Assembly (NCBI GenBank): GCA_963754655.1
Contig: CAVWGN010000001.1
Coordinates: 2,304,001 to 2,368,000, forward strand
Length of the DNA stretch: 64,000 nucleotides
Direction of reading: 5' to 3'
Source of the DNA: an uncultured Chlamydiae bacterium
GTDB taxonomy: Bacteria > Chlamydiota > Chlamydiia > Chlamydiales > Parachlamydiaceae
Shown: positions 51,011 to 60,900 of the stretch, in pieces
How positions within the stretch are numbered: position 1 is the first letter of the stretch
How the letters are laid out: every line of letters starts with the position of its first letter
Position numbers and translations under genes: made by a program
Notes under the pieces: model-generated
Told to the model about the DNA's origin: nothing
What the model saw: only the letters and a program-made list of their open reading frames with translations
Database searches by the model: none

Positions 51011-52786
51011 TTAATCAAATACCACACCTTTATACACAAGTGCTTTTTCAGGATCTAAAGTGACGAGCTGGCCTTCTTTTAGAATGCGGCAAGCAGCATC
51101 GGCCCGCAAAAGAATAGGCTTTCCTAAATTTAATGCAATTTTCTTTGCATACTTTTCAGAGGCAACATCGTTGATGTGATTTTGAAGAATAATACCCGCC
51201 GCCTCTTGCAGGAGAGGAAGATAAGAATCATCGCATTTAGCAATCACTAGCAATTGATTTCTGACCGCATACGGTTCTTTGGCTTCAGGGGCCAATACCA
51301 TGGCCACATTGCCATGAATGCGGGAGCCATATCCAACATACCCCCTAACTAATACATCTCCAATATTTTCCACTATCATCATATTGGTGGTTCCTGAAAT
51401 CCCAAAAGGCGTCCCCGCCGTAACGACGACGAGATCTCCATAAGAAACTAAATGATTTTCCAAGGCAAATGTGCTAATTTTTTCAAATCCATCGCGAATG
51501 GTTTGACAATCTGGATAATAAAAGGGAATGACTCCCCAATTAAATGCTAGCTGGTGAAAGCTTTTTTGTTGCGCTGTCATTGCAATAATGGGCATTTTGG
51601 GACGCAAGCGTGATAACAACCTAGCTGTTGAACCTCCGCGTGTAAAAGCAAAAATGGCTTTTGCATTGGAACTATAAGCTGTTTTTACAGTCGCTAACGT
51701 CACAGCAGAAGGAACATCATGATAGACTAAAGGAGCATGTTGATCAAAAAAAGCGCGATAATTGAAATCAGCCTCTGCCTCTTCAATAATACTCCGCATG
51801 ACATTCACTGTTTCGATTGGATAACGGCCAATAGCAGTCTCACCGGACAACATAACGGCTGAAGTACTATCATAAATGGCATTGGCAACATCAGAAGTTT
51901 CAGCTCTTGTAGGGCGTGGATTATGAATCATAGATTCAAGCATTTGCGTGGCTGTTACCACAGGCTTGCCGGCCAAATAGCTTTTGCGAATCATCATTTT
52001 TTGCAACCTAGGAACATGACTGAGGGGGACTTCAACACCTAAGTCTCCTCGTGCAATCATGATACCATCTGCTGCTTGAACAATGTTGTCAAAATTTTGC
52101 ACCCCTTCGTTATTTTCAATCTTAGCAATGACTAAAATATCCTGTTTTTTTTGATCCGCTAAAATCTTTTTAATGTTCAAAACATGCTCAGCAGAGCGAA
52201 CAAAAGAAGCTGCAATAATATCAATATTATGCTGACAGCCAAACTTAATGTCATGAATATCTTTAGCGGTTACGGCAGGCAAGTTAAGATGTGTATTGGG
52301 AATATTGACTCCTTTACCCGAACGAATGATTCCTCCATTCTGAATTTCAACTATTGCTCCTTCTTCTGTCTTTTCAACTACGTAAGAAGAAATATAGCCA
52401 TCATCAAATAACACTTGTGTTCCCGCATATAATTGCTCGGGAATATCGGGTGGATAAATGGAAACTTGCGTCTCATCTCCTAAAACCTCATGCTTGAGAA
52501 GGTGCCATTTTTGACCTGGTTCTAACGTTGTATGACCTTCTTTAATTTTTCCTAAACGAATTTCAGGTCCTTTAGTATCTAACATAATCGCTACAGGTCG
52601 TTTAAGCTGCTGGCGCGCTTCTTTTAAATCTTGTATCATTTTTAAATGTTCTTCATGAGTTCCATGGCTAAAATTAAGTCGTGCAACATTCATTCCCGCC
52701 TTCATCAATTCTATTAGCTTCTCCAACGAATTGACAGAGGGTCCTATTGTACAAATAATCTTTGTCTTAATCATGCGATGACTCAA
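51011..52786 (-). CDS. pyk: Pyruvate kinase with C-terminal PEP-utilizer-like extension
   Basis: TKIICTIGP, ARLNFSHG, DTKGPEIR, IARGDLGVE, ATQMLESM, MLSGETA. Confidence 0.97.
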   Translation of the reverse strand: MSHRMIKTKIICTIGPSVNSLEKLIELMKAGMNVARLNFSHGTHEEHLKMIQDLKEARQQLKRPVAIMLDTKGPEIRLGKIKEGHTTLEPGQKWHLLKHEVLGDETQVSIYPPDIPEQLYAGTQVLFDDGYISSYVVEKTEEGAIVEIQNGGIIRSGKGVNIPNTHLNLPAVTAKDIHDIKFGCQHNIDIIAASFVRSAEHVLNIKKILADQKKQDILVIAKIENNEGVQNFDNIVQAADGIMIARGDLGVEVPLSHVPRLQKMMIRKSYLAGKPVVTATQMLESMIHNPRPTRAETSDVANAIYDSTSAVMLSGETAIGRYPIETVNVMRSIIEEAEADFNYRAFFDQHAPLVYHDVPSAVTLATVKTAYSSNAKAIFAFTRGGSTARLLSRLRPKMPIIAMTAQQKSFHQLAFNWGVIPFYYPDCQTIRDGFEKISTFALENHLVSYGDLVVVTAGTPFGISGTTNMMIVENIGDVLVRGYVGYGSRIHGNVAMVLAPEAKEPYAVRNQLLVIAKCDDSYLPLLQEAAGIILQNHINDVASEKYAKKIALNLGKPILLRADAACRILKEGQLVTLDPEKALVYKGVVFD

Positions 52787-52987
52787 TTTTTAAGTTCTTA
52801 GTTTTAATGTAATCCTAACTTTTTATTTTGACAACGTTAGTTATACCTAGCAAGCAGTCTACCCCCTTTCTACAGTTAAAAAGCAATTCAATTTCGCCGT
52901 GAGATATCTATTCATGTTGAGTTTTATAGATCAAAAACTCAGAGTGAAGAAAGGGATTCTTGGAAATCAAAGGAGGAGAGGAGAGAA

Positions 52988-53586
52988 TGAAAAATCGTAA
53001 ATGGATCAGTATGTTGCTTACGTTGCTTGCATTTGGACATTCCGCTCAAGCAGAAGTAGAGCAGGTCATCGTAACCTGGAATGCTTTTATCTGTCAAAAC
53101 ATGTGCACTCCTTTCCTTGAGCGTCATTTGGGAGCCATTCGGGAGGTCACCAATCTTCAAATCAATGCTGCTTCAGGTGCCGCTGTCATGTCCTGGGATC
53201 CAAATTATCCCTTTAGCTATGAACCCTTTAGGTATGCCTCTTCTGCAGCAGGCATCCGCATTGACAGCATACGCCTTCGCGTAAGAGGAACGATTAGCCA
53301 TGATAACAGCAATCTCTATCTTGTGTCTAATGGCGATGATGCCCGTTTTCTATTAATTGGCCCGCTTCATCCAGAACCGGGGCGCTATATCCCTAAATAT
53401 AGCCTTGCCACACATCCTTTGCCTCCTGAAACCCAAAATCAATTGCTAGAAGCTGAAAGAAAAGGATTTACGGTTGTCATTTCAGGGCCCTTATTTTTGC
53501 CGCATTTTTACCCTCGTACGCTTATTTGTGAACAAGTTAAAGTCAATGCTAGAGAAAGCCAAATGGATTTACGCTATCAACGCTGA
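52988..53586 (+). CDS. Exported hypothetical protein with CxxxC, possibly HMA-like N-domain
   Basis: Signal peptide MKNRKWISMLLTLLAFGHSAQA after a GA-rich RBS; ICQNMC motif. Confidence 0.6.
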
Positions 53587-53669
53587 TTTTTTATTTGACA
53601 TTTCTCACTATAAAGACTATTCGTGGAGGTAGGCCTGCGCCCTAGTACTCGTTTACATTAGGCTTTATT

Positions 53670-56669
53670 ATGATTGAAGGAGTTGTTGCACCCAATCCTG
53701 AAAAAGACTCTACAGAAGCCCAAATCCCTCATACAATTCTTGCAGATTGCAATGATTTGCCACTTAAATGGATGGCTAAAATTGCCAAGCATCAACAAAT
53801 TTCAAACTTGATGCTCAAAAAACAAATCAACGAATTTACAAGCAGCTCAGAATCAGCAATTTCTATATTAAATGACTCTAATCTTGCTTTATCAATTCTG
53901 AATCGATTGAAGATTCAACAGAAAAATTTAATTCATGTCATTTCCAATTTTCCTGTCATTTCTTCTCCCCCTCCGTCTCAATTAGAAACAATGCCCTCTT
54001 TGCAAGGAATGGAAAAGCATCATTTGATTCAATGGTTAAAAGATAGAGGATATGTATCCGTAGCAAAAAAATTAGAAGCACAAGCAGGTTATCCTTGGGA
54101 TGAATTTTTAAAGATTTCCCATCCGATTCTTATTGAACAACTTATAAATATTTACTCGCTTTGTTGCTACAAAAACATCTCTGAAGAAGAGACAAAAAAA
54201 CTTGTTGACTTTGCTCTTTATTTAGCTAATTTCACTCTCTCTCTTAATCCTAAACAAGACTATTCCTCTTCTTATGAGCTCGTGAATGAAACAAAACAAC
54301 TGCTGGGCCAGCTTATTTATCTCATTAATCAAGATCCATACTCAGCAGTCAGTGCAATTGATAAAGACACTTATCAAAAGTCGTTAGATAACATTAAAAA
54401 TGAATTCACCTTAAAAATTAAAGCAATTTGCGTAAGGCTTCAAAGCCATTATGCTGCTCATCATGCGACACAGCTACAAAATCCAGAAATCGCTCTTAGT
54501 ACGATGATTCCTGTAGAGATTGCCAAAGCTTTACTGACTGATAGTGGAACGATTAACGTCGGGATTATCAAATTTTTGTCTGATATTTTTCTATCCGATG
54601 AGAATCGGCATATCAACCACGAAGTCAATCTTGAACATGCTTTTAATCTTCTTCAGAAATCGCCTAAGCTGCGAGCTGAATTTGAAAACATTCATTGTCC
54701 ACGTTCTTCAAAAGCAAGTTCTATAGATATCATTAAAGCTACCTTGAATCTTCCACTTGTCCATCAGGTCAGTTTATTGGATACCCGCTTAACCGCCTTA
54801 AGCGCCTTACTTTCCCATTTAAGGCAAGGAGAAGATAGATCATGCTTTGCAGCTGCCTTAGCAATCGAAATTTTGTCTTCCCATCTAGATTTTTGTTTTA
54901 AAGATTTTAAGCAGCTTTTGGAAGAGGGAAAACTGACACGTTGTGTGAAAGGCGTACATAAAGATATTTCATTTATTAAGCGAATCAACGATGAAACTCT
55001 GCATAAGAAAATAAGTTTTAATGCAAAAGCAGAATTAATTATTCATCTACAAAAAGTTCCTCTATGGAAAGCACCCGGCCTGATAGCAGCCTGTCAGTCG
55101 ATTGGGTTGGCAGATCCAGAAGCTGCACTATTAGCTGTCATTAAAAAGCTTCCTCCGCTTCATCAACAAGACTTTTACGAAATGGAAATTAGAACTCTTT
55201 TGGAAAATCTTTGTAAGCAAGCACAACTGATGCGAAATTTAGAGCCTTCTTCTTTAGAAAATTTATACGATCAGTCTTGTTTTGCTTTTAGCTCGCAGAC
55301 ATCACAGCCTCTTTTAAAAATTTGGGAGAATGCCATTGCAAATATGGCTGAGGCAGATAAGTGCAGTATGATCAAAACAAATATTTTGGAATCTACACTT
55401 GATGCGCTTCAATTTAAATTAGGAGAATTGAAAATTTCCCCCTCACTTCTCTTGCAACGCTTTTTTCTTCATCTGCAAAAATCATTGTATGAAAAAATTC
55501 GTTTGCAATATGACCCCTCTATCTCTAGCGAACCCGATGCTAAAGTGACAGGAGGGTTTGTTCTCTATAATCATAGACAAAGAATCGATAATGCAAAATC
55601 ATTTCGCTTTTTCTTGCTCGATATTCTTTTAGAAGTCAATAGTAAAATGCGGAAGAGTTTCTCTTCCGATATTGAAAGACAAGAACTCAATCAAATTATA
55701 GAAATTTTAACTCCTTCTATTGACGCCCCTTATTTTATGGCTTATCTTCTTGCTCGTTACCACCCCTCTAATAAATTGATTATCAGGCAATTAGCGCATA
55801 ACCAACCCCTTACTTATGGGTGTTTACCCTTTACTCCCTGGATGACCCAAACAGGAAATAATTCAAAAACGCTTCTAAAAATTTATTTCGAATCTGAGAA
55901 ATCCATTCAAAGCGAAAAATTTATTGCTTTAAGCGCGGAACAGACCTTGGCTAACATCATTGAAATATGTAAGCGAATGTCGGAAGATGAGAAGCACCTT
56001 TTTCTTAATAATCCCAATAAACTCAAACCCTTTTGCATTTTAGGCAAACATCGCTTGCCTTTTATGGCAGGGCATCCTTCCCTTGCAAATGCTTGGCAAC
56101 AAGATTATCCCACTAGAAATTGGATAGATCGATTTGTTATGATACCGGGAAGAGAAATTGCCGAAACAATCATTGATAAACAGACAAGGCAAAACTTTTT
56201 GCTTTATCTACAAGCAGAATCCTTGCCAAAAGCAATGACTACAGACATACTTGGCGCAGCATTTGAATTGATACAACAAATTCCTCAGGGTTTGACCTTT
56301 AAACAATATCGCAGCCATATTTTAAAAATTTATGAAACCGTTCATCCTACCCTAACAACATCATTATCCGGCAAAATCACACGTCAAATCGATACAATCC
56401 TTTGTCAATCTCTGCCACCCAAACTTAAGAAAAAACTAGAAGATTCAGCCGTTCACTTTGCAGATACAAATTGGTATCATGGCATTCAAGATCTTCATTT
56501 CTGTTTTGCTGTTAACCCCGGAAATGGCGAACTAGAAATGTGGGAAGCCTATGCTAATGGAACTCATTTACGGGCACTTGATCAACATTATTGGCTGTTT
56601 AATCAAAAATGGGAATTTTTAACCCTACAAGAAAAACTGATAGCAGATGATGATGCTTTTTTAACTTGA
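53670..56669 (+). CDS. Large hypothetical protein (possible cysteine-hydrolase motif)
   Basis: 999-aa ORF; LRQGEDRSCFAAA and FADTNW motifs. Confidence 0.7.
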   Translation: MIEGVVAPNPEKDSTEAQIPHTILADCNDLPLKWMAKIAKHQQISNLMLKKQINEFTSSSESAISILNDSNLALSILNRLKIQQKNLIHVISNFPVISSPPPSQLETMPSLQGMEKHHLIQWLKDRGYVSVAKKLEAQAGYPWDEFLKISHPILIEQLINIYSLCCYKNISEEETKKLVDFALYLANFTLSLNPKQDYSSSYELVNETKQLLGQLIYLINQDPYSAVSAIDKDTYQKSLDNIKNEFTLKIKAICVRLQSHYAAHHATQLQNPEIALSTMIPVEIAKALLTDSGTINVGIIKFLSDIFLSDENRHINHEVNLEHAFNLLQKSPKLRAEFENIHCPRSSKASSIDIIKATLNLPLVHQVSLLDTRLTALSALLSHLRQGEDRSCFAAALAIEILSSHLDFCFKDFKQLLEEGKLTRCVKGVHKDISFIKRINDETLHKKISFNAKAELIIHLQKVPLWKAPGLIAACQSIGLADPEAALLAVIKKLPPLHQQDFYEMEIRTLLENLCKQAQLMRNLEPSSLENLYDQSCFAFSSQTSQPLLKIWENAIANMAEADKCSMIKTNILESTLDALQFKLGELKISPSLLLQRFFLHLQKSLYEKIRLQYDPSISSEPDAKVTGGFVLYNHRQRIDNAKSFRFFLLDILLEVNSKMRKSFSSDIERQELNQIIEILTPSIDAPYFMAYLLARYHPSNKLIIRQLAHNQPLTYGCLPFTPWMTQTGNNSKTLLKIYFESEKSIQSEKFIALSAEQTLANIIEICKRMSEDEKHLFLNNPNKLKPFCILGKHRLPFMAGHPSLANAWQQDYPTRNWIDRFVMIPGREIAETIIDKQTRQNFLLYLQAESLPKAMTTDILGAAFELIQQIPQGLTFKQYRSHILKIYETVHPTLTTSLSGKITRQIDTILCQSLPPKLKKKLEDSAVHFADTNWYHGIQDLHFCFAVNPGNGELEMWEAYANGTHLRALDQHYWLFNQKWEFLTLQEKLIADDDAFLT

Positions 56670-56815
56670 GCTCTATACTTGCCATGTCCTAAAAAAACAT
56701 TTGGCAATGTTATTCCCTATGTACATCACATAAAACGCGACTGATCGATCAAATTCTTGACACTCTTTCAATTTTCATTTAGAAAAAGATTAGAATTTTA
56801 AAGAAAGGATTTTAA

Positions 56816-57325
56816 ATGTCAGTTCAAATTGGAGCCCATCGAGAAGAATATGTAGAAGGATGTCATCATCTTTGGCCTACAAGTTCCTCTTGCTTTTCTT
56901 ATCTTTACAACTCCGATCATACAGCTTACCGATTTGCAGATCCACACATGGAGGATTTTTCTTTATTACGTACAATAGAAATTCTAGGTAAAAAGGTAAT
57001 TTTTACCATTAACCCACAACGCGTTCTTTATTACGATAGTGGGTTCATTAACTCTCTTCCGGAACTCTTCGCAAAAATTAAATTTCCGCAGAATTTAAAT
57101 CAAGAGATGTTAGACAAAATTGCTATCATTGCCAATTATCTATCTTTAGGAGAAGAATATAAATACCTTCGCACAACCGCTAAACAACTAAGTGGAGAAT
57201 TGACATTTTTGGTTCAAAAGGGAGAAGAAGAATGCTGCCGTGTCACCCTTCCTTCTTTTAAAGATAATACGAAAACTCAGTACGAAGTAATTAACGAAGA
57301 AGACATCTTTTCCTTTCAATATTGA
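56816..57325 (+). CDS. Hypothetical protein
   Basis: 169-aa ORF with aagga RBS; shares a motif with the next gene. Confidence 0.65.
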   Translation: MSVQIGAHREEYVEGCHHLWPTSSSCFSYLYNSDHTAYRFADPHMEDFSLLRTIEILGKKVIFTINPQRVLYYDSGFINSLPELFAKIKFPQNLNQEMLDKIAIIANYLSLGEEYKYLRTTAKQLSGELTFLVQKGEEECCRVTLPSFKDNTKTQYEVINEEDIFSFQY

Positions 57326-57338
57326 GCTCAACCGGAAG

Positions 57339-57833
57339 GTGAACATGAAGATTTCCATTCAAATGCTCTTCGTGGGACCGAATGAACTATTCTTTTTATT
57401 TAATCATCAACATCAACCAGTCATTGAAATGGAAGGAATTCAATATCATTCTCTTGGCCAGCTTCTACATATTCTCCCTCAACTTCATCACCCTCAACAC
57501 ATTGAAAAGCTTGTTCAAATTGCCAATTTTCTCGCAAGAGGAATTGAATTTCAATACATTGAAGATATTGAATTATTTAAAGAAAACTATTACCAAGAAA
57601 TTGAAGCAGAACAATCGTCTCTACTTGAGGATAGCCCAAAATTGAAAGATTATGGAATTTTTGATCTTTCAGGGATGCATCCTCCCTGCTTAAAAAAACA
57701 CCAGCTGATCTTTTTTGTGAAGCATGACTACTTATCGGTTCCCTATCAAGCAACTTTATTCCAGCCAATTGAGAGTGAATCCCTTCATATGAACTACGAG
57801 CTGCTTCCCTTACTTAATAGAAACTTAGATTAA
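57339..57833 (+). CDS. Hypothetical protein
   Basis: 164-aa ORF; shares the IANxLxxGxE(F/Y)xY motif with the preceding gene. Confidence 0.65.
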   Translation: MNMKISIQMLFVGPNELFFLFNHQHQPVIEMEGIQYHSLGQLLHILPQLHHPQHIEKLVQIANFLARGIEFQYIEDIELFKENYYQEIEAEQSSLLEDSPKLKDYGIFDLSGMHPPCLKKHQLIFFVKHDYLSVPYQATLFQPIESESLHMNYELLPLLNRNLD

Positions 57834-57952
57834 ATTTTTCAGGCAAGATTATTAGCTTTTAAGGATTATCTGGTAATCAATCTTCATCATTTGCTTCCTT
57901 TTTGCTTTCTGCTATAATCGAAAAGTTCCTAAATCTTTATTTTTTCGATCAA

Positions 57953-60900
57953 ATGAATCACGAACAAATCATTTTAAAAAAAGTCCGCGTTCATAATTTG
58001 AAAGCTATCGACCTGACTTTGGACAAAAATGAACTTATCGTTTTTACGGGAGTTTCAGGATCAGGAAAATCATCTTTGGCTTTTGATACCATTTATATGG
58101 AAGGACAGCGACGCTACGTCGAATCACTTTCAACTTTTGCTAGAAGGCAAATGGGAGAGCTGACAAAGCCTGATCTTGAGCATGCAAGTGGCATTTCCCC
58201 CACAATTTCCATTGAACAAAAAACAGCTGGGCGCAATCCACGCTCAACGGTAGGAACTCTAACCGAAATTTACGATTATTTACGCGTTCTTTATGCTCGC
58301 ATAGGCATTCCGCATTGCCCGGTGAGTGGAGAGCCTGTTAGACCCCAAAGCCGTGAGCGCATTATCAAGTCAGTCGAAAGTCTTCCTCTCCGCACTAAAA
58401 TCATGATTTTAGCACCTTATGCCCGGGGCAAAAAAGCAGAATTTCGTGAAGATTTTCAAGAACTCATTCGCAAGGGATATATGCGAACCCGCGTTGATGG
58501 AAAGATTGTCAATCTGACCGATGCCCTAACCCTAGACGGCAATGTTGCCCATGACGTCGATGTTGTAATTGATCGCTTAACAGTTGAACCGAATGCACAT
58601 TCACGCATTGCCGATTCCATCATGCAAGCGTTGCAATTGGGGCAGGGCGTTTGCAGTGTGCTTGATACCGAAACGAGTGAAGAACAACTTTTCTCTATGC
58701 ATGCTTACTCCCCCAAATCAGGCCTCTCCTATACATCATTAGAACCCCATGATTTTTCATTTAACAGCCCATCAGGAATGTGCCTACGCTGCCAGGGCAT
58801 GGGAAACATTCAGGAATTTAATCTCGATCTCATCATCAATCCTGATTTAAGTATTGCAGAAGATTGTTGTTCAGTGGCCAGTTCTTATCAAACTGTCCGC
58901 TATGGCAATATTTATGATAATTTAGCCGAACAATATCGATTTAGCGTACACACGCCTTGGAAAAAGCTTTCAAAAGAAGCCAAAAAAGTTTTTCTGCATG
59001 GAACCGACAAAAAATGGACTCGCATGCGATTTGTCCACCCTGTCACAGGGGCCTTTTGGAACGATCACATCCAATGGAGGGGTGTCTTGCACGACGCTCA
59101 TTCTCGCTTTGCCGAGGCCAAAAGCGATAACTATCGCAAAAAAATGCAAGCATTGATGAGCATCCAAACTTGCCCAGAATGTCATGGAGAGCGAATTAAA
59201 CCTTATCCTGCTGCTACTCTGATTCAGGGCAAGCGCATCAGAGCCTTAACTGCCATGACAGTCGACGAATGCCAACGCTTTTTTCAAGAATTAAATTTTT
59301 CACGCCAAGAACTGATTATCGCCGAAGAATTACTAAAAGAAATTCGGCAACGTCTTCAATTTCTCCTGGAAGTTGGCTTGCATTACCTGACATTAGATCG
59401 CACTGCTCCTACTCTTTCTGGCGGAGAAGCGCAAAGAGTACGATTGGCTTCGCAAATTGGATGCGGTTTGGTGGGAATCACTTATATTTTAGATGAACCC
59501 TCCATCGGCCTTCATCCTCGCGATAATCGCAAGCTTATCGATACTCTTAAGCATCTACGTAATATGGGTAACACAGTCATCGTTGTTGAACACGACGAAG
59601 AAACCATTTGGGAAGCAGATCGCGTGGTCGACTTTGGGCCAGGAGCCGGTATTAAAGGGGGAGAAATCCTTGTCAATGGAGATATTGCTAATTTATTGCA
59701 AAATAAACAATCGGTCACGGGTGCTTACCTTTCCGGAAAGAAGCAAATTCCCATTCCTTCTCAACGACGTAAACCGACGCTAGAGTTGTTAAAAATTGTG
59801 AAAGCTCAACACCATAATCTCAAAAATCTCACTATTTCCATTCCATTGGGATTATTTGTCGCCGTCACAGGTGTATCGGGGTCCGGAAAATCTTCTTTGA
59901 TTACCGATATTCTGTATCCTGCTCTTTCCAATCTTTTGCATGGAGGAGAGCATTCAGTGGGTGCTCACCAAGCCATTGAGGGTGTTCAAGCCATTGACAA
60001 AGTGATTGCAATTGATCAATCTCCGATTGGGCGTAATCCACGTTCTAACCCAGCCACTTACATTAAACTTTTCGATGAAATTCGAGATCTTTTTAGCCAG
60101 CTTCCTGAGAGCCAAGCCCGTGGCTATAAACCTGGAAGATTTAGTTTTAATGTCAAAGAGGGTTCTTGCACTCAATGCGAAGGCATGGGACAAATCAAGG
60201 TCGATATGGACTTCATGGAAGACGCCTGGATTGACTGTCCCCTTTGCAAAACCAAGCGCTTCGATTCAGAAACTCTTGCAGTTCTCTATAAAGAAAAGAA
60301 TATCTATGACATTTTGGAGATGAGCGTAGGTGAAGCATTTGAGTTCTTTGCCAATATTCCTTCTATTCGGCATAAACTAGAGACATTAAAACAAGTTGGA
60401 ATGGATTATATCAAGCTTGGTCAATCTTCGACGACTTTGTCTGGAGGAGAAGCACAACGCATTAAGTTAGCTAAAGAACTCGCCCGTCCTGCAACGGGTA
60501 AGACCCTGTATATTTTAGATGAACCAACAACGGGGCTTCATTTTCACGATATCAAACATTTGCTTGAAGTTCTTCAAGCACTCGTTGCTAAAGGCAATAC
60601 CGTCCTAGTTATTGAACACAATATGGATGTTGTCAAGACAGCCGATTGGGTTATTGACTTAGGTCCGGAGGGAGGAGAAGGAGGTGGACGCTTAGTTGCA
60701 GAGGGTGATCCTGAATACATTGCTACGCTCGAAACTCCAACAGGTCTTGCTATAAGGGAAGCCCTTTATCCTCATAAAGCTGAAAAAGTTAAAGCTGCCC
60801 TCGACAATCAGCGTCGTAATCGGCTTTCCAAAAAAAAACGTCAAGCCGCTATCATTCATGAAATTACGGTTACAGGAGCAGAGCAAAATAATCTCAAGCA

